Below are positions 39,448-49,320 of a DNA stretch of 64,000 bases, piece after piece. Location of the stretch: the NCBI GenBank assembly GCA_036654095.1, contig JAVVSR010000002.1, positions 1,375 through 65,374 of the forward strand, read 5' to 3'. The notes beneath the pieces are model-generated. The model did not search any database. It saw only the letters and a list, made by a program, of their open reading frames with translations, and was not told the DNA's origin. Each line of letters begins with the position of its first letter. Within the stretch, counting starts at the first letter, position 1. The position numbers and the translations under genes are program-made. The DNA is from Clostridia bacterium (lineage in GTDB: Bacteria > Bacillota > Clostridia > Christensenellales > CAG-917).

Positions 39448-39635
39448 CCTAAATATTCGTTTTAAAACTGTTATGGATTTAATTAAAACCATTCTTGATG
39501 CTGGAAAATTTAAAAAACTTTATCGCAAGTTTCCCGAAAATCCACAACAATTTTCAGAGTGGACAAAAAAGGTTGACCATATGTGGAAAAAAGTTGGCAC
39601 TATGGCTGACAAATGCAAAATTTAGCCTAAATATT
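39265..39635. repeat. perfect 178-bp tandem duplication (2 copies plus a 15-bp third start)
   Basis: 39265-39442 and 39443-39620 read as identical, and TTTAGCCTAAATATT recurs at 39621-39635. It covers the last ~60 codons and the stop of the preceding gene. Confidence 0.9.
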
Positions 39636-39656
39636 AACAACCCTACGATGTGCTTT

Positions 39657-39843
39657 GGCAAAATACTATCGCGCTATTCGTGACTGCCATATTGCGAAAG
39701 GCAAAATACTATCGCGCTATTCGTGACTACCATATTGCGAAAGGCAAAATACTATCGCGCTATTCGTGACTGCCATTTTGCGAAATGCAAAATACTATCG
39801 CGCTGTTCGTGACTGCCATTTTGCGAAAGGCAAAATACTATCC
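39657..39843. repeat. tandem array, 43-bp unit x4.3
   Basis: GGCAAAATACTATCGCGCTATTCGTGACTGCCATATTGCGAAA at 39657, 39700, 39743 and 39786, with a partial copy at 39829. Units differ at a few positions. Unit junctions form ATTTTGC-gaaag-GCAAAAT hairpins. Confidence 0.9.
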
Positions 39844-40209
39844 ATACAATTTTTTTATTTTTTTAAACTTATTAATGATACTGATTTAATTATATGAATA
39901 AAATTTTATTTTTTTCGCGCAACTTATATTGTATAAATTGCGCGATTTTTTATTTATAACCGTTTATCCATTAAAAATGTTGTATGTCACAATTAATGTT
40001 CATATACATTATTATGTGGCATTTTTTTTGCAAAATAACATATTTAAAACAATTAACCACTATGACAATATTGTTAATAAATTTAATAATACTATTTTGT
40101 AGTAATTTTTAGCTAAAATAGTAAAATGATTACATTTTTGTTAAAATCTATTGCCTAGTTAAAATTGAAGTGATATAATAATTTTATCAGTTTGATGTAA
40201 GGAGGAGTT

Positions 40210-41406
40210 ATGAACGTTTTTAAACGAATTGGTTGCAGAATTTATCAAAAAGTTATGTACTGTGCAATGCCTTTCCTTCCGTGGAGAAAACCCGAGCTTG
40301 TTGACGGCGGACTTGCGGCCCTGCCTAACTTTATAAAAGGAAAAGGATTTGACAAAGTTTTACTTGTTACCGATAAAGGTATCCGCTCGCTAGGGCTTAT
40401 CGACAACCTACTAGATGGCCTCGAAAAAACATCAATTAAATGTTTTGTTTATGACGAAACGGTGGCAAACCCTACCATTGATAATATTGAAGCCGCATTG
40501 AAAATTTATAATGGAAATGGCTGTAAAGCAATTATAGCATTTGGCGGAGGGTCGGCAATGGATTGCGGCAAAGGCGTGGGAGCGCGCGTAGCTCGTCCAA
40601 ATAAGCCCGTTCAAAAAATGAAAGGAGTTTTAAAAATTTTAAAGGCTACTCCTCCTATTTTTGCCGTTCCAACAACAGCAGGCACTGGTTCGGAAGCAAC
40701 ATTAGCCGCCGTTATCTCAAACAGTCAAACTCACGAAAAATATCCTATCAATGACCCCAACTTAATTCCCAAATACGCAGTACTTGACCCGCAAATTACT
40801 GTAAAACTGCCAAAACATATCACCTCTACAACAGGTATTGACGCGCTAACGCACGCTGTTGAGGCTTTTATCGGAAGCAGTAACACTAAGGAAACCAAAC
40901 AGATGGCAGTTGATGCGACTAAGTTGATTTTCAAATATTTAAAGCGCGCATATGACAACGGCGAAGATATTGAAGCGCGAAAACAAATGCAACTTGCCGC
41001 TTATTATGCCGGCATTTCATTTACGCGAGCTTATGTGGGCTATGTGCACTCAGTAGCGCACAGTCTAGGCGGATATTATGGCGTTCCTCACGGTTTAGCA
41101 AACGCAGTTCTACTTCCATATTTTCTTGACGAATATGGTTCAACCGCGTGGAAAAAACTCGCAATTTTAGCCGACGCTGTTGGCATAAAAGGCAAGTCTG
41201 ACGAGGAAAAGGCAAAGGCCTTTATTCAAGCAATTAAAGACTTAAATGCAAGTATGGATATCCCCACAAAAATTGACAAAATTCAAGAAAAGGACATTCC
41301 AATTTTATCCGCGCGCGCGTCGTCTGAAGGCAATCCGCTATATCCCGTTCCGAAGCTTATGGACAAAAACGAACTTGCCGAAATGTATCGCAAGGTTATG
41401 AAATAA
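40210..41406 (+). CDS. iron-containing (group III) alcohol dehydrogenase
   Basis: GGGSAMDCGK, TTAGTGSE and HSVAH...GVPHG metal-site motifs. RBS AAGGAGGAG. Confidence 0.85.
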   Translation: MNVFKRIGCRIYQKVMYCAMPFLPWRKPELVDGGLAALPNFIKGKGFDKVLLVTDKGIRSLGLIDNLLDGLEKTSIKCFVYDETVANPTIDNIEAALKIYNGNGCKAIIAFGGGSAMDCGKGVGARVARPNKPVQKMKGVLKILKATPPIFAVPTTAGTGSEATLAAVISNSQTHEKYPINDPNLIPKYAVLDPQITVKLPKHITSTTGIDALTHAVEAFIGSSNTKETKQMAVDATKLIFKYLKRAYDNGEDIEARKQMQLAAYYAGISFTRAYVGYVHSVAHSLGGYYGVPHGLANAVLLPYFLDEYGSTAWKKLAILADAVGIKGKSDEEKAKAFIQAIKDLNASMDIPTKIDKIQEKDIPILSARASSEGNPLYPVPKLMDKNELAEMYRKVMK

Positions 41407-41690
41407 ATTTGTAACTATTTTAATAAACGGTTTATATTTATTTTGAATATTTTTATCTACTTAATTAAAGTTGCGCTGTAAATAATAACTTTTGTAGTAT
41501 TTGGTTTTATGGATTAAAATTTATACCAAATTTGTAATTTAAAATTGCGCTTTACATATATTTAAGCAAGCGATTTTAACCAGATATCTGGTGAATAAAT
41601 ATTTTAATTGCACCCAACAACGGCACTAGGTATTGATAAAAAACTAATTAACATAAGTATATTATCTTTATAACATTTAAAAAATAAATA

Positions 41691-41728
41691 AAAGTATCTT
41701 CAATGGCTAAATAATTTGAAGATACTTT
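41691..41728. terminator. bidirectional terminator
   Basis: AAAGTATCTTCAA-12nt-TTGAAGATACTTT with flanking A and T runs. Confidence 0.65.
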
Positions 41729-41781
41729 TTATTTGCAAAACATTATAAGCAATTTTAAAGCTAATCTATTCCACTAAGAAA

Positions 41782-42597
41782 CTAGCATTTTTTTACGCTA
41801 AAAACATCAATGTAAAACGAGCAAGTTAAATTAAGTTTTTCAATATCATTAAGTTTTTTTATGCCCTCAGCTTCAGTAGTATAGAAATATGGCGTCATTT
41901 TAACTAACTCTATTAAATCAATATTATCTTTAAACTCTATTACTTTTTTAATTTCATTATGACTTTCTTTGTTAAAAAAAACAGACTCAATTTCCTTATT
42001 ATTTTCAAACGCGCAATCACCATATAGTGTTTTTTTAATTTCAATCAAATGCTTTTCAGCAGGATACACCACAATCAATTTGCCGTTAGGTTTTAAAATC
42101 CGTTTATATTCACTAAATGCGTAAGGTGAAAATACACACATAATTACATCGAAAACGTCATCTGAATAAGGTAGGTCAAAAACACTAGAAACATAGTAAT
42201 TAGACGTTTTATCTCGCCTGCTTGCAAGTTTAACCGCCTCTTTTGATATATCAACGCCATCAGCATCAATGTTTGAAGCATATTTAATTAAGTTTTGTAA
42301 ATAATAACCACTGCCACAACCTGCATCTAATAAGGTTATATTTTTTAAATTAAAACTTAATACAATTTCTGTAATTGCTTTCGATAAAAAGTCATAATAA
42401 CCTTTATTTAAAAAATCGAAACGCGCCCTCACCATTAAACTGTTGTCGCCCGGATTTTTACTGTTTTTCATATTTGACAAAAGCAAGTTAGTATAGCCGT
42501 CGCTTGAAATATCAAAGCTATGTCCACTTTCGCAAACAAGTGATTTGCCATTTAATAGCAATGGTTTTTTACAATTTGGACAGCGAGCCTTTATCAT
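41782..42597 (-). CDS. 23S rRNA (guanine-N1)-methyltransferase RlmA-like
   Basis: Start at MIKARCPNCKKPL...CESGHSFD (Zn ribbon) behind AAGGAGAA. SAM motif LLDAGCGSGYY. Confidence 0.7.
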   Translation of the reverse strand: MIKARCPNCKKPLLLNGKSLVCESGHSFDISSDGYTNLLLSNMKNSKNPGDNSLMVRARFDFLNKGYYDFLSKAITEIVLSFNLKNITLLDAGCGSGYYLQNLIKYASNIDADGVDISKEAVKLASRRDKTSNYYVSSVFDLPYSDDVFDVIMCVFSPYAFSEYKRILKPNGKLIVVYPAEKHLIEIKKTLYGDCAFENNKEIESVFFNKESHNEIKKVIEFKDNIDLIELVKMTPYFYTTEAEGIKKLNDIEKLNLTCSFYIDVFSVKKC

Positions 42598-42830
42598 AAT
42601 TTCTCCTTGACATTTACAACAATATGTTATCACTTTTATGTGAATAAGTAAACAAAAAACACCTAAAACACGTTTTACAGTTTATCCATAAATATCATCA
42701 CATTTACCATTGACTTTAATATAACTACGTACTATAATTTCAATCATATAATGCAAAATACAAGTTTATATCTCTGCATAATTTAGTATAGATTTAACTA
42801 ATTTTGACGTTTTTGGCAAAGGATTAGATT

Positions 42831-43943
42831 ATGTCAATAAACAATAAAATTATTTCTTTTTTTAAAAGCAACATTGTTTTAATTATCGCGCTATTATGCG
42901 CGATAATTTCGTCATGCATTGTAGGCGTTGATAAAAGCTATTTTCACTATATCGATTATCGCACTATTACTTGCTTATTTTGTATGCTCGCATGTATTTG
43001 CGCATTACGTAATATATATTTTTTCCGTTTTACTGCTCGAAAAATTGTTGAAAAATTTTCAAACACCAGAAGCACTATTTTAGCGCTTGTTTTTATCACT
43101 TTTTTTGGCAGTATGTTAATTGCAAACGATATGGCTTTAATTACATTTTTGCCACTAGGTTATATGGTTTTGTCGAACACAAAAAAAGAAAAGTATTTAA
43201 TGTTTACTTTTATAATGCAAAATATAGCCGCAAATCTTGGAGGGATGTTGACGCCATTTGGAAACCCACAAAACCTTTACTTATATTCGTATTTTAACAT
43301 AGGCAACGGCGAGTTTATGCTGACAATGCTGATACCATTTATTGTATCTATGGCTTTAATATTTATAATTTGCTTGTTTGTAAAAAAAGAAACATTACAG
43401 TTTGAAAACGACCTTGACATAAAAATGGATAAAAAAAAGCTAATAACATATTTACTGTTATTTGCCTTTTCTATTGTAATAGTATTTCGCGTAATTCCAT
43501 TTTGGTGGGGACTAATTATAATACCGACAGTGATAGCGCTTTTAGATTTTCGAGCGCTTAAGCAAGTCGACTATCCATTGCTATTAACATTTGTATGCTT
43601 TTTTATATTTGCCGGAAACGTTGCGCGGATAGAAAGCGTTGACAATTTCATACAAGCCAATCTTAATAAAAACGTATTACTTTACGGTATAGTTTCGTGC
43701 CAATTTATATCAAATGTCCCGTCAGCAATATTGCTTAGTCGCTTCACAACCGACTATCGAAGCTTGCTTTTAGCTGTCAATATAGGTGGGCTAGGGACAA
43801 TTATTTCATCACTTGCCAGCCTAATAACTTTTAGGGAATATACTCGTCACTTCCCAAATAAAAAACTTCGTTATCTATTTTGGTTTTCGTTTGTGAACTT
43901 CTCATTTGTGGGTATATTATATTTAACCTCACTAATTCATTAA
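42831..43943 (+). CDS. ArsB/NhaD-superfamily (CitMHS-like) anion permease
   Basis: Polytopic membrane protein. ANDMALITFLPL and GGMLTPFGNPQNL resemble the family signature. Substrate unknown. Confidence 0.5.
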   Translation: MSINNKIISFFKSNIVLIIALLCAIISSCIVGVDKSYFHYIDYRTITCLFCMLACICALRNIYFFRFTARKIVEKFSNTRSTILALVFITFFGSMLIANDMALITFLPLGYMVLSNTKKEKYLMFTFIMQNIAANLGGMLTPFGNPQNLYLYSYFNIGNGEFMLTMLIPFIVSMALIFIICLFVKKETLQFENDLDIKMDKKKLITYLLLFAFSIVIVFRVIPFWWGLIIIPTVIALLDFRALKQVDYPLLLTFVCFFIFAGNVARIESVDNFIQANLNKNVLLYGIVSCQFISNVPSAILLSRFTTDYRSLLLAVNIGGLGTIISSLASLITFREYTRHFPNKKLRYLFWFSFVNFSFVGILYLTSLIH

Positions 43944-43953
43944 CTCCCAAATT

Positions 43954-44607
43954 TTAATAGGTATTTATTGATTGCATTTCAACATCTAAGTCAAATATTA
44001 TATCCGCGCACGCTTTTAGCCTGTCATTTGCAATATCCTTGTCTGTAATGTCTTTTTTATACCTTATTTTATGTTCCAGACTTGCCCAAAAATCCATTGC
44101 TACCGTTCGTATTTGAATTTCAACTGTTGTAGGTATTTTCCCAGTTGATAGGAAAACCGGTACTTCAATTAATAAGTGTAGGCTGCGATAACCATTCGGC
44201 TTCGGATACTTTATGTAATCCTTAATTTCTAAAAGCTTAATGTCGTCCTGCTCGGTTAGATATTTTGTCATAAGATAAATGTCATCAATAAATGTGCAAA
44301 TTACCCTAACACCTGCTACATCTCGAATACACTCGTCAATGTTTTCAATCGTACGTTCTTTGCCTAATCTGTCAAGTTTTTCAATAATGCTCAGCGGTTT
44401 TTTTAATCGAGTTTTAATGCTCTCAACAGGATTTCTTTTGTGCGTTATCGACAGTTCCATATCAAGATTTTCGATTTTCGTTTTTACCTCACCTATCGCG
44501 CAATCATAACGCATTAATAGTTCGGAAAATGGTTGTATTGCATTGCGCAACGCGCCTAAATCCATATTTGCTAGTTGCAATTTAAAATCATCTTGTTTAT
44601 TTTTCAT
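43954..44607 (-). CDS. small alarmone synthetase (RelQ/RelP-type GTP pyrophosphokinase)
   Basis: Single RelA/SpoT synthetase domain: DVAGVRVIC, GYRSLHLLIEVP and EIQIRTVAMDFWASLEH. The ATGA start overlaps the MATE stop. Confidence 0.85.
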   Translation of the reverse strand: MKNKQDDFKLQLANMDLGALRNAIQPFSELLMRYDCAIGEVKTKIENLDMELSITHKRNPVESIKTRLKKPLSIIEKLDRLGKERTIENIDECIRDVAGVRVICTFIDDIYLMTKYLTEQDDIKLLEIKDYIKYPKPNGYRSLHLLIEVPVFLSTGKIPTTVEIQIRTVAMDFWASLEHKIRYKKDITDKDIANDRLKACADIIFDLDVEMQSINTY

Positions 44608-46040
44608 AGGTCAGCTCCGTTAGGTTTTTCGATTTGTTGAGTATCGATATCAATCGTGCTAATATTATCTGTTTTTATCATTTTCAATGTTTTCTTAAAT
44701 ACTATTGTAAAGATAATTACTGTACCTGTTACTGCTAAAAAGTCGGCAATCGGCTCGGCCATATATACCGCCATCACCTTGTTTTCAAACATTAATGGTA
44801 AAATATAAATTAACGGAATTAAAATAACTATCTTTCGTAAAACTGCCACAAATACTGACGCTTTAGCATTTCCGACGGCTATCAAAATCATTTGGCAAGC
44901 AATTTGTATACCCATAAGAATTGACATTGCCATATAAATTCTAAGCGCCCAATCGGCAAAATTAATTAACGCGACGTCTGAGGTAAATATTGTTGCAAAC
45001 ACATTCGGCACGCACATAACCAACAGCCAAACCGTCCCCGAGTAAACAACACACGCCAATAAAAGTTTTTTAAATGTTTCTTTTAGCCTATCGGCATTGC
45101 CCGCGCCAAAGTTATAACTTGCAATAGGTTGCGCGCCCTGTCCCAATCCTTGAAGCGGCAACATAGTAAATTGCATAATGCTTGATAAAATAGTCATAGC
45201 GCCAACAGCTATATCGCCGCCAAACTTTTTTAAAGAGGAATAATAACAAACTTCAATTACACTTTCGGTCGCTTGCATAATAAAAGGAGCTAGCCCTAAC
45301 GCAATGCACGGAAGAATAATTTTCGGATTAAATCGCAAGTATTTTGCCCGTACTTTTAATATTGTTTTTTTGCCGCATAAAAATGACATTACCCAAATTG
45401 CCGAAATAGCTTGTGAAATAATTGTTGCAATAGCGGCTCCTTGAACGCCCATATTGAATCCATAAATAAAAATAGGGTCAAGTATTATATTGCTTATTGC
45501 GCCAACTAAGATAGTAATCATACTTGTTTTTGCAAAGCCTTGCGCGGTAATAAACGCATTCATACCTAAAGCGAACTGCACAAAAACAGTCCCTGCCGCA
45601 TAGATTGTCATATACGATGAAGCGTAACCAATGGTGTTTTCACTTGCTCCGAAAAGCAACAGAATATCTTTGTTCCAAATCGAAATAATGATTGTCAGCA
45701 ATATTGAAACAATACCAAGAAGAACAACGCTGTTTCCCATAATTTTTTCAGCAGTTTCGTTGTCTTGTCTGCCCATATAAATAGAAGCGCGAGGCGCGCC
45801 CCCCATACTAACTAAGCAAGCAAATGCCGATATTATCATGATGAGTGGCATACAAACGCCAAGACCCGTCAATGCAAGCGCGCCATCAACAGGCATATGT
45901 CCAATATAGATTCTATCAACCAAATTGTACAGCATATTAATAAGTTGCGCGAGAATTGCCGGCAACGATAATTTAAACAATAGCTTACCAATAGGTTCAG
46001 TGCCTAAAAATGTGTTATCTTTTTCCATATCAATCTTCAT
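44604..46040 (-). CDS. MATE family efflux transporter
   Basis: 12-TM protein whose N-terminus GKLLFKLSLPAILAQLINMLYNLVDRIYIG is typical of MATE. The ATGA start overlaps the marR stop. Confidence 0.85.
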   Translation of the reverse strand: MKIDMEKDNTFLGTEPIGKLLFKLSLPAILAQLINMLYNLVDRIYIGHMPVDGALALTGLGVCMPLIMIISAFACLVSMGGAPRASIYMGRQDNETAEKIMGNSVVLLGIVSILLTIIISIWNKDILLLFGASENTIGYASSYMTIYAAGTVFVQFALGMNAFITAQGFAKTSMITILVGAISNIILDPIFIYGFNMGVQGAAIATIISQAISAIWVMSFLCGKKTILKVRAKYLRFNPKIILPCIALGLAPFIMQATESVIEVCYYSSLKKFGGDIAVGAMTILSSIMQFTMLPLQGLGQGAQPIASYNFGAGNADRLKETFKKLLLACVVYSGTVWLLVMCVPNVFATIFTSDVALINFADWALRIYMAMSILMGIQIACQMILIAVGNAKASVFVAVLRKIVILIPLIYILPLMFENKVMAVYMAEPIADFLAVTGTVIIFTIVFKKTLKMIKTDNISTIDIDTQQIEKPNGADL

Positions 46041-46468
46041 AGCTCCCTTATAGCGTTGTTTGATATTTTTTTTGCGCTCAAAAACAGTTTATCAATATCG
46101 TTTTCCGAAAAATCTTTAAACATAATGTTACAAAAATTTTGTTGCATAATATGAATTTCATTTTGCATATCGTGGGTTTTTAATGTAAGTTTCAAATGCA
46201 CTTTTCGCCTATCATTATCGTCAAAAAAACGTTCAATCATTTTTTTACCCACAAGCCTGTTGACAGCCTCAGACACGTTAGATTTAATTAGCATACGTTC
46301 ATCAACAATTTCAACAGCAGTATCCTCATTGGGATGATTTGCCAAAAATGCGATAATATCCATTTCAATTTTTGTCAAATTATATTTTTTACAAACTTCA
46401 TTACTCAGTTTATCATACAGCCGAATGACGCTTTTGCCAAACTTTAACATATCAAGATTGATGTTCAT
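46037..46468 (-). CDS. MarR family transcriptional regulator
   Basis: 143 aa with a winged-HTH region (ITKIEMDIIAFLANHP...LVGKKMIERFFDDNDRRKVHLKLT). Confidence 0.8.
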   Translation of the reverse strand: MNINLDMLKFGKSVIRLYDKLSNEVCKKYNLTKIEMDIIAFLANHPNEDTAVEIVDERMLIKSNVSEAVNRLVGKKMIERFFDDNDRRKVHLKLTLKTHDMQNEIHIMQQNFCNIMFKDFSENDIDKLFLSAKKISNNAIREL

Positions 46469-46481
46469 TTTGCCTCCTCTA

Positions 46482-46521
46482 ATTTAGAACTGTTTTATTT
46501 AGAACTGTTCTATTTAGAACC
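46482..46521. promoter_or_regulatory. candidate MarR operator (three direct ATTTAGAAC repeats; central perfect palindrome TAGAACTGTTCTA)
   Basis: ATTTAGAACTGTTT / TATTTAGAACTGTTC / TATTTAGAACC lie immediately upstream of the marR RBS. The palindrome is at 46500-46512. Confidence 0.5.
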
Positions 46522-46978
46522 ATTATAGTAACCAATATATGTTTTGTCAAGCAACTAAATTAACATTTATTAAAAATAAAAAATGCACGCTATTAAACCT
46601 TGCATAATTGCTTAAGGTTTATAGCGTGCATTATCTTTTCATTTGTGCCTTTGTATAGCTTTTAACGCTACAACATTACACTTTTCGGCCGTATTATAAG
46701 TTACCTTATTCTACCTAATCATTTGTAAGAACTTTTACATTTTACACAACAACCTTATTTTTGACTGTTGTATAATCATTTGTAAAATCGAATTACTTAA
46801 ATGATTGACCAATTAGTAAGTTTTATCTTTGGTTCTTTTAACTATATTTGCTTTGGTAAAAAACTATATTTAAATTACTTGCAAGTAAATTGTTTGCCGT
46901 ATATGCTTTCGAGCTTTGCCTACTTTAAAATATATAATAACCTTTTGTGTTCAAGATTTTTGTTGCAACGACCACAAA

Positions 46979-47260
46979 CTATAAAATATTGCTACTTTCA
47001 TCTCGATTAATCTTTTTTATTTGCGCAACTATTTGATGCGAACCCGTTGCAGATAGTCCGCTTAAAATTCCATTTAAAATTGCGTGGAACACCGTAGGCG
47101 CAGGCATTATTGTAGGCGCGACATAGAACGCAACTATTCCCAAAATTCCACCAACTGCTCCAGCGATAAGCGGTATAATGCTTAGCAACTTTGTCTTGTT
47201 TTTAAATGGTATTTTTATAAGTTCCACAATGGTATAAACAATTATTGCAATTATTGGCAT
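46979..47260 (-). CDS. small 3-TM membrane protein, phage-holin-like
   Basis: 93 aa. The pattern K..K..IP.I.G..G..LG...(TM)...GIL.GL.ATG.HQ...Q.KK and the charged tail resemble clostridial phage holin family proteins, recalled from memory. Confidence 0.45.
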   Translation of the reverse strand: MPIIAIIVYTIVELIKIPFKNKTKLLSIIPLIAGAVGGILGIVAFYVAPTIMPAPTVFHAILNGILSGLSATGSHQIVAQIKKINRDESSNIL

Positions 47261-47555
47261 AAATATCTCCTAAAATAAAAAATATTACATAAAAAAAGTA
47301 TGTAATATTTGTTTATATTTAAAAAATGTTTAGTACCTATGTAGACTATTTGCAATAAAAATTTAAAATTGCGTTACAAATTTTTACACTATAATATATT
47401 GTATGGCAAAAAACATAAGACAGTTACAAACCGCTATTAACCGATTTAAAATAAAGCTATTAAAATTACAAAATGGAAAACAATATTGTTTAAAATTGAC
47501 AGCTTTTAATGATTATATTTTTAGTCAATACAAATACCTATATTAAATTTTGAAA

Positions 47556-48914
47556 CTACATATCCAATATAATTTTGTGTTTAGACATCAACTTTTTATA
47601 TACAATCAAAACAGTCGTCAAGCTAATTGCGCACGATAGAGTAAACGCTATTGGCTCGGCTAAAAAAACGGCGCTTGCTCCATAAAAACGCGGAAGCAAC
47701 AACGTCAGCGGAATTACCAACCCTAGTTTTCGTATAAGCGACAATGTAACCGAAACTGCCGACGCTCCGAGCGCAACCAAATTATCCACGCACGCATATT
47801 GTAATCCTAAGAAAATTAAGCACGAGCCAAAATACTTAATGCCTTCAACTGCGATTGCGGAAATTTGCGCGTCGCTAGTGAAAATTGCCACAAAAAACTG
47901 TGGTATAGAAAATGCTAATATCAACATAAATGCGCCGTACGCCATACAAGTCAACGCGACACCCACAAATGCGTGAAGAACGCGTTTATCATTACGCGCG
48001 CCATAGTTAAAGCTAAGTATTGGTTGGCAACCCATAGTCATTCCGCCCATTGGACTTGTAATAATTTGGACAAAACTCACAACTATTGTGCCAGCTGTAA
48101 TATATAAATCGCCACCATATTTTTGTAGCACTGTATTAAGAACAATTATTGCGACGCTTTCTGTCATCATAATAAAAAATGGCGACAATCCAATAGTTAC
48201 AATCTTTAGCATTATTTGCGGCACAAGCTTTTCAAACTTTAATTTGATTGTTGTGCTTTTACCAGTTAAAAATAATAACACCCAAATGCATGAAGCCATT
48301 TGCGCAATAACTGTTGCCAATGCAGCGCCAAATACGTTCATTTTAAATACAAAGATAAATAACGGGTCCAAGCATAAATTGATAACCGCCCCTAAAATAA
48401 CCGTCATCATACCTTGTTTAGAAAACCCTTGGCATACAATAAAATTATTTAAACCCATTGTCAAAAGTGAAAAAATACTTCCCAAAATGTATACGCTTAA
48501 ATATTCGTTTGCATATGGTAGCGTTGCTTCGCTTGCGCCAAACGCAAGTAGCATCGGCTTTTTAAAAATAAAAAATACAACAGTAATTATTGCCGACATT
48601 ATAATTAACATGGTCATTGCGTTACTCATAATTTTTTCAGCAATTTCAGGTTTTCCTTCGCCTAGTTTCATCGCGGCAAGCGGCGCGCCTCCAAGGCCAA
48701 GCAGAAAACTAAATGATGTAATCAATGTAGCGATAGGCACACATACGCCAACTCCAGCCAATGCCAAATCGCCGATTCCAGGGATATAACTTATAAACAC
48801 CCTGTCCACTATGCCGTAAAGGACATTGACAAGCTGAGCAACCATTGATGGAATTGCCAATTTTAAAATTAAACTAAAAAGTTTGTCTGTGCCTAAACTA
48901 TTCGGTTTGCCCAT
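47556..48914 (-). CDS. MATE family efflux transporter (second copy)
   Basis: 12-TM protein with N-terminus LILKLAIPSMVAQLVNVLYGIVDRVFI. Confidence 0.85.
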   Translation of the reverse strand: MGKPNSLGTDKLFSLILKLAIPSMVAQLVNVLYGIVDRVFISYIPGIGDLALAGVGVCVPIATLITSFSFLLGLGGAPLAAMKLGEGKPEIAEKIMSNAMTMLIIMSAIITVVFFIFKKPMLLAFGASEATLPYANEYLSVYILGSIFSLLTMGLNNFIVCQGFSKQGMMTVILGAVINLCLDPLFIFVFKMNVFGAALATVIAQMASCIWVLLFLTGKSTTIKLKFEKLVPQIMLKIVTIGLSPFFIMMTESVAIIVLNTVLQKYGGDLYITAGTIVVSFVQIITSPMGGMTMGCQPILSFNYGARNDKRVLHAFVGVALTCMAYGAFMLILAFSIPQFFVAIFTSDAQISAIAVEGIKYFGSCLIFLGLQYACVDNLVALGASAVSVTLSLIRKLGLVIPLTLLLPRFYGASAVFLAEPIAFTLSCAISLTTVLIVYKKLMSKHKIILDM

Positions 48915-49320
48915 ATCGTTTGCTCCTCGACGATAATCTTATTATATGATAAAACATATAATTTACCAAGCCTTAAACGAAGCATATTATACAGTAAACA
49001 ATACAAACTTGCAAGCCAAAACGATTGTCTTAAACACAAAATAATTTAGCGACAATTTTACTTGCATTAAAAGTGAAATTTGTTGAATATAAAATCAAAT
49101 TTTGATTGATAAAACACTAAAATTTATACTTTACGAAAATTTACATTGCTCATTATTTTGAAACGTCATAAAAATATTAAGTAGCGATACGTGACCACAT
49201 AAAAACGGCATTATAATTTGCTTATACAAATTTTAAAGCGTCAAATCGCTTGACGCTTTCCATTACGTTACAAAGTTTCGTTTTTAATATTTTTTTGTAT
49301 TAAAGTGAAAAATAATTTTA

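Noticed and set aside
39317-39683. Two ORFs (102 aa and 62 aa) repeating the C-terminus of the FAD oxidoreductase
   Set aside because: They are by-products of the 178-bp tandem duplication. They have no independent RBS, and the true gene ends at 39447.
48088-48789. 233-aa plus-strand ORF (similar long antisense ORFs at 14986-15330, 33377-33751 and 53098-53502)
   Set aside because: All lie antisense within strongly supported genes (MATE, pck, EF-G, module protein). Their translations are low-complexity and they lack RBSs.
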